Shown here piece after piece: positions 14,086 to 23,578 of a stretch of DNA of 51,633 nt (the first letter of the stretch is position 1; each line of letters begins with the position of its first letter). The translations under genes and the position numbers were made by a program. Source of the DNA: a virus (lineage: Duplodnaviria; Caudoviricetes); the IMG/VR virus record IMGVR_UViG_3300030329_004387, positions 1 to 51,633 of that record. One strand, 5' to 3'. Below the pieces are notes generated by a model. The model ran no database searches and was not told the origin of the DNA. It worked only from the letters and a program-made list of their open reading frames with translations.

Positions 14086-17000
14086 TTACCAACATGATCT
14101 ATCAAGCTCTCTAAAATAATCCATTACATCACCTTTACCTGCTTCTGTACCATGATATATCTTACTTCTATAAGTATGAAGAGGCTCAAATATATTTCCT
14201 CCTTTAAATGAATAATCATTTATACTGCCCCACATCTTATTAACTACATTAGTAACAATATGTGCGGGAGGAGCTCCATCTAAACTTGTAACAGTCATAT
14301 CTACAGTCGTTCTATATAATTCAAAAGGATCTAAAAAATAAGACCCCATTAAATAATCTGATGCTATTTTTACAGCATCTTTATTCAAGTTGACATCTGT
14401 CATAAAACTAGGCATTTCTTTCATTGGAGGAAGTAATCTAAAATCACTCATTTCTCTAGTAATTCTTTCAAAAGCAAAAACATCACCTTTTAATGAAGGA
14501 TCATACTCTCTTATAAAAGCCTTTTTAAATCTATCATTTATTGTTTGATACCAATCTTTAGCAGTAGCAGAATCTATTACTCTACTTCCTTGACCATCCA
14601 TAGCTCTTTGTAGAAATTGAAATACTAATGACTCATTTCTTTTATTTGAATTAAATTTAGGAGTTAGACTTGAACTCTTTCTTAAATCATTTCCTACAAT
14701 ATGAAAAACATTCCTATCTGCTCTTGGAGTTAAAAGCATATGGATGAATTGTTGCTGCATTATAGTTCCATAAGGTCCCCCTAAATCTCTAGCCATATCA
14801 ATATAATCCATTAATATTTGCAAATCCTTTTCAGCAGCTAATCCAAATCTTGCCGCATCTTTAGGTCTAGATGGGTCAATTACTTGATTTTCTCTTGCAT
14901 TTAAAGCTTCATTAAATCGTTCTACTAATTCATTCAATCTAAATTCATCTACTTTATCTACTCTTCTATCTAATCTAGCAAAAGCATTATGCATAGCTCT
15001 TCTTACTCTAGCTGTATTATCAAAACCCATTTCCAATCTTTTAGGATTCTTAACTATAACATCTCCCGCTCTCCAAGTAACCTTTTCACCAGGCTTAAAA
15101 AGCATCATTTGTTCTGCTCTTTTTTTATCACCTTTACCTACTAGTCTAAAAATACCTATAGTATCATTTTTGTATACTCTAGGTTTTTTACTATCATATT
15201 TTTCAGGTTTATGCATATGATATATAGTATTAGGGTCATTGACCTGTTTATTGAATTCTAAAATAATTGCATTATATTTATCGCCTTCTGATTTCCAATA
15301 TCTATAAACAGCAGTATCCTCTTTGCCTCTAGATACCAAGTCTTTTAAAACATCATTTACTTGGTCTAATTTATACTTAATAGTAGACACGGTTAATATT
15401 TTAGTTTGATCGTTTAAAATGCCATTAATAGCTTTATTTACATTATCAGGAGTAGCTTTTGTAATTCCTGCTAAAATTTGACCTAAACCATCATCTATAG
15501 AAGGTATACCATTTTTAAATATATTAGAATTTAATTGCTTTCTCAAGCTTGATAACGCTACTATTATAGGAAGTTCAGATCTAGCGGCTGTATTAGATGA
15601 ATTAAAATGATTATCTCCTAAGAAGTGTAATAATGGATCTACAGTACTTCTAAGTTCATTACCTACTAACTTGCCAGAGTCTTTATCCCAGCGATAGCCT
15701 GTCATTTTAATAGTATTTAAAATATTCTCATATCTATTAACCATTTCAAAAGCTGACATTTTTCTTGAAGTTCCATCTGTAAAATGATCCATCATTAAAT
15801 TTAAATTATGCAATTCGCCTAAAGGTTGTATAATACCCTGTCTAATTTTTTTATGTATTAACTGACCTTCAGTAGACATTGCATCAAAAGATACCTTTTT
15901 TCCTACTTTATCTTGTATCCCTTGATATTGCCATATTTCAAGAAAACCTAAATCTTTATTTTCCCATATAAGCTTATCTAATTGTATATCTCTAATATCT
16001 TGAGGTTTTTTATATATATCAATAGTAGCCTTTATTAATCTTTTCATATATTCTAAAGATTGAACTAATTCCATACCATCTTTAAGAGCTATTTTATATC
16101 GAACTCCTTTTATATCATTTACTTGAAAACCTAATTCTGGTCCTATTTGGAATCTATCAGTTCTATTTTTGCCACCTTTTTGCCATCCAGGAAGAAATAT
16201 ATCTCCTTCTCTAACAGAGTAATATTGAAGCATTGTAGATAATACTGAAACTTGTCGAATAAGCGAACCTCTTTTTGCATCTAAAAATTTTATAGTATCT
16301 GTATATTGCCCTTGATTTCTATCTAAACCTACTTCAATTAATGCTCTTTCAAATAAAGCATCTGTAGATTGCTGATATCCAGAAACATTATACATCTCTT
16401 TAATAACCCTGCCAGGCAATGTAAACATACTTGCAGATTTATCTAGATCAAAATCAGCATCTTGAGGATCAATAACATCTAATAAATTCATTTCACTAAC
16501 AGGTCCACGTCTTTTATCTAATAATTTTTCAACTCTTGTAATAACCCAATCGTTTATACCTGCTTTAGGTTGTCTTAAATCAACTTTACCTAAATGTATT
16601 TGAGAATACATATGCTTTTTATCTTTTCGTCCTGATGCTAATAAATTATATGCAGCATCTGGATTATTCTTACCATTTAAATGAGAATCTAATATATATT
16701 CAGTAAATTCATTTTTATATTCACTTCTTGTACCATTTAACATCATAGCCAAGTCACCTACTGTCGTAATACCTTCATCAATTTTAATCCATTCAATTAA
16801 TGATTTCATATCTGCTTCTAAAGCTTTTTCTAATCTATTTATAGCGTTAGCATTTTCTTTTATTGCTATCTTAGTGCTTAAATGTTGTCCAATAACTGTA
16901 AGAGTGCCATCGGGATTTAAGGAGACAGCAAAATCATTTCCTTCAATATCCTTTCCAAGACGTTCTAATTTATTTTCTTTTACAAAATCTTTAGTCACTT

Positions 17001-20000
17001 TAAATATGAAAGTCAAACTTTCATTTTTATTTGGCTGGAAGGCTACAGAGCCTGTACCAGAATCTCTTGTCATCATAAAATGATCAAGAGGAGTAGTCCA
17101 TTCTTTGCCAGACATACCTGAACCACCGAAACTATATTGAACACCTTCATATCTTACAGGCATACTTAAACCACCAGCAGGTTGCATAACAGAATAAGAA
17201 CCATTTTTTACAGCAGATGTTATTAAATTCCTATTTCCCATATACTCTGAAGTAACCATCTTATCTATATTAGGAGCCATAAATTCAAACAAAGGAAGTC
17301 CATCTACTGCTAATACAGCTTCAACTCCTGTAACCTTACCAATTTGGTCACCTGTTTCTTTTTGTCCCATTAATAGCTTGGAAGTAATTTCTTTATATGA
17401 AAAAGGATTACTTTCTGCAGCCATAGCTGCGAATCTTTGAACCATATCTGCTGTAGTATCATGAATTTTTGTTATACTATTTAAATCTTTTAATGATTGA
17501 TTTGAAAGTAAGTTTGCAAAGCCTGCTGACATTGTAGCATCATGTGTGCCACTAATAGATTTGATAAAAATAGATTCTCTATCTACTAAAAAGATGTTAT
17601 CCATTGTTTCTACAGCCATTCCACCTCTAGTTTGGATTTTTCTAGATACAGCGGGTCCCCATGGAGCATTTGTAAAGATTCCAACATCTCTTAAATTTTC
17701 AAAAGTCATCCAATCAGTGCCTCTCATAGGCTTGAATGAACCTATATCTACACCAGGACTTTCGATTAAGCCTGTTTGAGGATTATATCTTCTATGCTCT
17801 TTATGAGAACTTTCAAATCCTATAGCATCTACCATATATTCACCATTTCTATTTTGCATAATTTTGTCCATTACGGGATGCCAAGCATAAGCAGTTTTTC
17901 CTATATGAACCTCTATAGCACCTGTTTCATTATTAATTTTATGATGATATTCAATAGGCTTTATAGCTACATTAAATCCTATAATTTTTTCACCTATAAC
18001 ATCACCTTTATCATTAACTTTATCTCCCCATATAAACCATTCTCTTGTAGCTCCTTTAGCAACTAATTCAGAAATCATTTCAGGCATACTTAAAAACTTT
18101 GATCCATTCATAACAGATGCAGCTAATTTGTCATGATGCTTTAAAATGTTCTCGATAAATTCATTTCTTTCTCTTCTAGACATATTAGGATTATTTCTTT
18201 TTAATTGCTCTTTTAAAACTTCTCTGCTAATATTTGAACTATTAAAAAAGCCTTTTGAATCTCCCTTCTCATCAAAAAACTGCAAATCTCTACGTGGTTT
18301 AGTTTTTCCTTGAGAATCAAACATATGATTAGCAAATATATCATAGGCTTCCCACATCTTGCTATTTTTATCTAAAAATCTCGGTAAATACTCTCTTGTA
18401 AAATGTAAAGCTCTATCTGATAATGATAAGCCGCTTCTAGAATTATCTAATTTAATATACTTTAAAGCTTGCAACTGTTCAACAATAGTTGATTCCCCTT
18501 TAGCTACTTTCATTAAATCAAATCCTTTTGCATGCATTAATCTAGCAATTTGAACAAGATTGATTGCTTCAGAGTTCTTTAAATCAAGGGGAGTCATAAC
18601 TCCTTGTTTATTAAATTCTGCATTTGGAACATGTTTTTTGATATAATCTTGCACCATAAGGTTTAAATCATAATCTGATTTTTTAGGATTGTGACTTCTA
18701 AATAAAGCTACTAAATCTTTTCTTAGTTTTGATTGTGGATCTCTAAAATTCTCTAAAATTCTAGGTTTAACAATAGTTGGCATTAAAATAGATGTTTTCT
18801 CATCTAATTGAATAAACATAAATTGAGTAGAACCATCTTTACCTACACTTGTTTTTTGTAAATTTTGATATAAGTCAATTAATTCAGCATCTCCAGTTTT
18901 CAATAATTCTTTAGAATTTATATCTACAAAAGCACCATCTGCTAATTTTTGTTCTAATTCCAAACGAGCTTCAGGAGTCATTTTAGAAGTAAATCCTTTA
19001 CCAGTACCATATCTTCCACCTAATAATATCATAGTACCCATATCGGTATTTAATCCTAATGTTTCGGCTAATAAATTCAAACCCCTATTCCAATTAGATG
19101 TAGTAGTATTGTCGATTGTTAATCTTCCGTTTTCATAAATACCTATAGGCATTTTTTTCGATGCCAAGGCTGCTTGTACAACATGATAAGTATCTAAAAC
19201 AAAATCTTCATATGTACCAGGAAGTTTTTTATCTTTAATTTGAGATTTTAATATAGTATCAATTTTTACTTTTTGAGCTTTAATTATAGGCTCTATTACA
19301 ACATCTACATAATCTTTAACAGTAAAGGTGCCATCTATTACTTTTTGAAGTCCTTTTTCTATAACTGCATATTCTCTAGTGCCTATAGGAGGATTTTTAA
19401 TCCCAAAACTATCTAAAATTTTTCTAGGATTATAAATAAGATTGTCAATAAAATCAGTTGTTAAATTCCATTTTGTTTCATACTGCTGTTTACTTATACT
19501 AGTATTTCCTGAGTGAGGCCTATTGCTTCTATCAACTAAAGATAAACTATTTACTTGATTTTGTATATAATTATCTACATCTAGAATACTATCTATTCTT
19601 AAAGTTTCATTTCTTTCAGACATGGCTTCTATAACATACTCTTGCATTTGTTTTCGCCAATTTTTAATTGATTCAGGAGTTATTCCTTTATTTGTAAACA
19701 TTAAATTTGTTAATTCACTAAGCTTTTGAGAGCTATCTATAAAAGAACGTAAACCTATATGATCTCTATTTTGTACTAATAAAGTAAAAATTTGGTCTAA
19801 GTTAGCAGCATCTCTTGCAAGTTTAACCATTTCATTTTCCAAAGTTTCATTTATAACTTTACCTTCATTGATAGCTGCTTCGTTCTGTTTATCAACTAAT
19901 GCTCTTATTTCTGCAACAGATACACCTAATTCTTGAGCTTTTCCATGCAAATCAATTAAATCAACATGAGCAATTCTATCAGCTCTATTAATCATTTCAG

Positions 20001-23000
20001 AAACTTCTTGAATAAAATCATTACGCATTAGAGGATCTATATTTACATCTAATTTTGCATCTACGAAATTTATAGCATTACCTTTCTTATTTAAAGCACT
20101 CCTTAATGGATTTTCTACTTTAGATTCATATTCATTAATCAGATTTTCTAATCTAGTATATTCAGAAGAGTTTTTAATAATGCTAGGATCAGACAATAAA
20201 GTATCTCTTAAAGCTTGAGCAGACCTAAGATTTAAAGCTCCATCTCTTTTGATGGCTACTAAACTATCTTTATGTAATGCCATGATAACAATCTGCTTTA
20301 ATGATGTTGATATATTAGGATTGCCTGTTAATTCTCTAACAAATCTTTGACTAACAAATTGTAAAAATGAATTAAATTCTTGAGGATTTGTTAAAACATT
20401 CCCTATATTTTTTGTTATTTCATCTTTTATAGCCGTTAATTCTCCTACATCTATTTCTTTTCTAGATACTTTCCCAGAACTATCTAAATTCAATAATTCT
20501 AATGTTCTATTTAATTGATTATAAAAAGCATTTAAATCTTTATCTTTTCCAGATAAATCAATTTCTTTTAATGATCCATCAGTAAGTTTTTCTATAATTC
20601 TAAATGATACATTTCCACCTAATTTATTCTTTAAAAATGAAAACAATAATTTAGCTTCTCTAGTACCACCTTCTGCACCTGTAAAACTAAAATAAGCCTG
20701 TTCATTTCTTCTATATCTATGAGCGCTTTGAATTGAATGCCATAAAGGCACTGCTGCTAGCATTTGGGGATCTAAAAATCCATCCTTATTATTCCAAGTA
20801 GGTATTTTTTGTCTCCAATTAGCTTCTTTCCCAGGACCTGAATTATAAATCATTTCATGTATATTTTCAGTATTTTTATTATATAAATCTAAAAATTCAG
20901 CTCTATTTCCTTCTGCAAGTATATCTTTCCCGCTATATTTTCTTCCATTAGTGCTATATTCGATAACTCCTGTATTTTTACCAGCATGCAACATACCTAT
21001 AAGCGTTTGAGCTGCATCATAATACGGCTTAGCTCCAGCATCTACATGTGTTTTTAGAGTGTGTAAAGCATCTCCTACACTTTCATGAATTACAAGTCTT
21101 CCATTTACTATTGAAGCATCATCAGCTAATCCTAATGTTTTTAATGATTTCCATATATGATCAACTAACATTTTTTCAGCTTCAGCTGCAATTTTTATTG
21201 TATTTCCCTGCACTTGATCTTCTAAATGAGAATAAGTATCCATAGTTAATTTTTGACCATTTGGCAATTGAAGATCTTTAAATCCTTGCACAAAAGCTAA
21301 GGCTTCTTCTTTTGTCATATCTGTAATTACTTTACCACTTTGTCCAACCCCAGCTAACTTTGATATTCTTTCAGCTAATAAATTTAATTCAAGTAAATCG
21401 CTAGCCTCTTTCTTTAATTCTGCAGCTTTTTCCGTATTACCAGCTTGATTTTCTTTTTGAATTTCTTTTTGAATTCTATCTATTTCATTTTTAATATGCA
21501 CATTCCAATTATCTAATTCAGGTTTATCTTTTTGTTTATTTGCAACTTGTAAAAAATCAGCTTCTTTAAGTTCTTGATTTTGTTTAGCAGAAATCATTTT
21601 CTCCCTTACTATATCAACAATCATTTTTACATCTACTGATCGATTAATAGCTTCATTATTCAATTTTTCCATTGCTTCAGATACTTCTAAATGAGCATAT
21701 CTATTATATAGCTCTAATCCATCCTTATTTTTTTGCAATTTTTCCATTGCTTTTAAAAACTTAGATATTTCATTACCTTCCATTTGAAAACCTGATTCAG
21801 CGTAAAATCTTTTTGTAGGAGTTCGGCCAAATGCATCAACTTCCTTCATACTTTCTATATCTCTAATCTTATTAACATCTTTAGTTCTATTGAAAATACT
21901 TTCACCTTCTTTTTTGCCTCCTTTAAAAACTACACCATCACCTTTAATTTGAAATCTTCCAAAATTCTTACCACCTTTCATATAAAGCATACCTATCCAA
22001 TGATCGGCTATCACTTTATCCATAGGATATTCATCTGTAAATAAGTATCCATTATCATAAGCATCTTTATATGCAGCATAATTCATAGCAAAAGAACCTG
22101 CAGAAGCACGTGTAAATGAACCTATTCCATCTCTTCTAATCTCTCCCATAATAGTTTTCATTAAACCAGGTGTATCACTTTTTACAACTTTAAGCATATC
22201 CTCTAATATCTTTCTATCCTTAACACTAGTCTTTGTTGTTTGGCTTAGTCCTGCCAACCAAGCTTTAGAATATCCTCTAACGCTTCCAAAAATTTCATCA
22301 GCCGTTTTTCCAGAACTAATAACAATAGAATTCATCATTCCTTTTAATTGTTCATTGCTATATGAAGCTGCAGATTTAAATCTAGTTTTAATTAATTTAG
22401 CAAGAGTTCCTATATCGGCAACCATACCGCTATGTCCAAATTGTACTTGTTTACCACCAGGAATATATCTAATAGGAGCTAATATAGCACCTGTTTTCAT
22501 TCCATGCATAGTTCTTTCATACCAATGCTGATATCCCCACTGATCTTCAGTTAAGCCATACATTTCAGCAGCCATATCTCCAGTCTCTCCTACCACAGTA
22601 TCCCAAACTCCAAGTAAGGCTGCTTCATACACAATATCGCCTATAAGTTGAGATGTTTTGGTATTCAAACCAGTTCTCATACTTATACTGTAAGCCAAAG
22701 AATGTCCAAAATGCTTGTTTAATGATTCAGCAGACTCTTGCATAACAGTATTAACAATTTTAGCTAATTTCTCGCTTCCTGGCTGTAATTTGGTTAATTT
22801 AGAAAGACTTTGAGTTACTTCTTCTGCCACTTGTTTATTAATATTTTGATTAGCTAATGGATTATGCACTAAAGATCTTCTAGCTGAAGCTAGTGGATTT
22901 AATATGCCTAAAGGACCTTTATTCCACCATTTTAAAGACTTAATCTCAGATTTAGTGCCTTTTTTAAGAAGTTCTCTGGTAGTTTTTATAGTCTCTCTTA

Positions 23001-23565
23001 CAGCTCCTTCTGAAATGGCCTCAAAACCTTCTTCTGCAAGTTTTTTAGTAGTTTGCTTAGTAGCAAGTTTTACACCTGCTCCCGCACCTTTAGATAACGC
23101 TCCTAAACCCTTTCCTACAGCACCAATACCTGTAAGAATACCTGCTCCAGTACCTAGAGCATATCCTATTCTACCAGCCCAAGACTCATCTTTCCAATCT
23201 TGAGAACCAAAATATTCAGCGCTAATATCAGGTCCTCCAGAAGCCTCAGAAGCAATATCTATAACAGTGGGAACCATAAAAGTCTCTCCAAATCCCCATA
23301 CAGCGTTACCTAAAAAATCTGTAAGAAAGTTGCTATCTGCCCAACCATAAGAAGCTGAACTTTTAGGCTTACCTGTAACCTCTTCTCCAGGCCCCATTTT
23401 TCTTCTTTGCCATTTTAATGGTTCGCCTGTAGCCCAATCTTGATTTAAAGAATCCCAGGTGGGACGCTCCTCCCCCTCTTCTATGTCCTCTTCTACTTCA
23501 TTTTCTAAAGCTCTTAAAGCATCTTGCTTTCTTTTCCAATCGTCATAATCTCTATAAACGCTCAT
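14086..23565 (-). CDS. Giant virion protein containing a two-barrel DNA-dependent RNA polymerase (crAss/phi14:2 gp66-like)
   Basis: RQP at 16567-16575, then DADFDLD at 16441-16461, matching the beta-prime R.P...NADFDGD arrangement; located in the ejection cluster. Confidence 0.8.
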   Translation of the reverse strand: MSVYRDYDDWKRKQDALRALENEVEEDIEEGEERPTWDSLNQDWATGEPLKWQRRKMGPGEEVTGKPKSSASYGWADSNFLTDFLGNAVWGFGETFMVPTVIDIASEASGGPDISAEYFGSQDWKDESWAGRIGYALGTGAGILTGIGAVGKGLGALSKGAGAGVKLATKQTTKKLAEEGFEAISEGAVRETIKTTRELLKKGTKSEIKSLKWWNKGPLGILNPLASARRSLVHNPLANQNINKQVAEEVTQSLSKLTKLQPGSEKLAKIVNTVMQESAESLNKHFGHSLAYSISMRTGLNTKTSQLIGDIVYEAALLGVWDTVVGETGDMAAEMYGLTEDQWGYQHWYERTMHGMKTGAILAPIRYIPGGKQVQFGHSGMVADIGTLAKLIKTRFKSAASYSNEQLKGMMNSIVISSGKTADEIFGSVRGYSKAWLAGLSQTTKTSVKDRKILEDMLKVVKSDTPGLMKTIMGEIRRDGIGSFTRASAGSFAMNYAAYKDAYDNGYLFTDEYPMDKVIADHWIGMLYMKGGKNFGRFQIKGDGVVFKGGKKEGESIFNRTKDVNKIRDIESMKEVDAFGRTPTKRFYAESGFQMEGNEISKFLKAMEKLQKNKDGLELYNRYAHLEVSEAMEKLNNEAINRSVDVKMIVDIVREKMISAKQNQELKEADFLQVANKQKDKPELDNWNVHIKNEIDRIQKEIQKENQAGNTEKAAELKKEASDLLELNLLAERISKLAGVGQSGKVITDMTKEEALAFVQGFKDLQLPNGQKLTMDTYSHLEDQVQGNTIKIAAEAEKMLVDHIWKSLKTLGLADDASIVNGRLVIHESVGDALHTLKTHVDAGAKPYYDAAQTLIGMLHAGKNTGVIEYSTNGRKYSGKDILAEGNRAEFLDLYNKNTENIHEMIYNSGPGKEANWRQKIPTWNNKDGFLDPQMLAAVPLWHSIQSAHRYRRNEQAYFSFTGAEGGTREAKLLFSFLKNKLGGNVSFRIIEKLTDGSLKEIDLSGKDKDLNAFYNQLNRTLELLNLDSSGKVSRKEIDVGELTAIKDEITKNIGNVLTNPQEFNSFLQFVSQRFVRELTGNPNISTSLKQIVIMALHKDSLVAIKRDGALNLRSAQALRDTLLSDPSIIKNSSEYTRLENLINEYESKVENPLRSALNKKGNAINFVDAKLDVNIDPLMRNDFIQEVSEMINRADRIAHVDLIDLHGKAQELGVSVAEIRALVDKQNEAAINEGKVINETLENEMVKLARDAANLDQIFTLLVQNRDHIGLRSFIDSSQKLSELTNLMFTNKGITPESIKNWRKQMQEYVIEAMSERNETLRIDSILDVDNYIQNQVNSLSLVDRSNRPHSGNTSISKQQYETKWNLTTDFIDNLIYNPRKILDSFGIKNPPIGTREYAVIEKGLQKVIDGTFTVKDYVDVVIEPIIKAQKVKIDTILKSQIKDKKLPGTYEDFVLDTYHVVQAALASKKMPIGIYENGRLTIDNTTTSNWNRGLNLLAETLGLNTDMGTMILLGGRYGTGKGFTSKMTPEARLELEQKLADGAFVDINSKELLKTGDAELIDLYQNLQKTSVGKDGSTQFMFIQLDEKTSILMPTIVKPRILENFRDPQSKLRKDLVALFRSHNPKKSDYDLNLMVQDYIKKHVPNAEFNKQGVMTPLDLKNSEAINLVQIARLMHAKGFDLMKVAKGESTIVEQLQALKYIKLDNSRSGLSLSDRALHFTREYLPRFLDKNSKMWEAYDIFANHMFDSQGKTKPRRDLQFFDEKGDSKGFFNSSNISREVLKEQLKRNNPNMSRRERNEFIENILKHHDKLAASVMNGSKFLSMPEMISELVAKGATREWFIWGDKVNDKGDVIGEKIIGFNVAIKPIEYHHKINNETGAIEVHIGKTAYAWHPVMDKIMQNRNGEYMVDAIGFESSHKEHRRYNPQTGLIESPGVDIGSFKPMRGTDWMTFENLRDVGIFTNAPWGPAVSRKIQTRGGMAVETMDNIFLVDRESIFIKSISGTHDATMSAGFANLLSNQSLKDLNSITKIHDTTADMVQRFAAMAAESNPFSYKEITSKLLMGQKETGDQIGKVTGVEAVLAVDGLPLFEFMAPNIDKMVTSEYMGNRNLITSAVKNGSYSVMQPAGGLSMPVRYEGVQYSFGGSGMSGKEWTTPLDHFMMTRDSGTGSVAFQPNKNESLTFIFKVTKDFVKENKLERLGKDIEGNDFAVSLNPDGTLTVIGQHLSTKIAIKENANAINRLEKALEADMKSLIEWIKIDEGITTVGDLAMMLNGTRSEYKNEFTEYILDSHLNGKNNPDAAYNLLASGRKDKKHMYSQIHLGKVDLRQPKAGINDWVITRVEKLLDKRRGPVSEMNLLDVIDPQDADFDLDKSASMFTLPGRVIKEMYNVSGYQQSTDALFERALIEVGLDRNQGQYTDTIKFLDAKRGSLIRQVSVLSTMLQYYSVREGDIFLPGWQKGGKNRTDRFQIGPELGFQVNDIKGVRYKIALKDGMELVQSLEYMKRLIKATIDIYKKPQDIRDIQLDKLIWENKDLGFLEIWQYQGIQDKVGKKVSFDAMSTEGQLIHKKIRQGIIQPLGELHNLNLMMDHFTDGTSRKMSAFEMVNRYENILNTIKMTGYRWDKDSGKLVGNELRSTVDPLLHFLGDNHFNSSNTAARSELPIIVALSSLRKQLNSNIFKNGIPSIDDGLGQILAGITKATPDNVNKAINGILNDQTKILTVSTIKYKLDQVNDVLKDLVSRGKEDTAVYRYWKSEGDKYNAIILEFNKQVNDPNTIYHMHKPEKYDSKKPRVYKNDTIGIFRLVGKGDKKRAEQMMLFKPGEKVTWRAGDVIVKNPKRLEMGFDNTARVRRAMHNAFARLDRRVDKVDEFRLNELVERFNEALNARENQVIDPSRPKDAARFGLAAEKDLQILMDYIDMARDLGGPYGTIMQQQFIHMLLTPRADRNVFHIVGNDLRKSSSLTPKFNSNKRNESLVFQFLQRAMDGQGSRVIDSATAKDWYQTINDRFKKAFIREYDPSLKGDVFAFERITREMSDFRLLPPMKEMPSFMTDVNLNKDAVKIASDYLMGSYFLDPFELYRTTVDMTVTSLDGAPPAHIVTNVVNKMWGSINDYSFKGGNIFEPLHTYRSKIYHGTEAGKGDVMDYFRELDRSCW

Positions 23566-23578
23566 ATTTTATCCTTAT

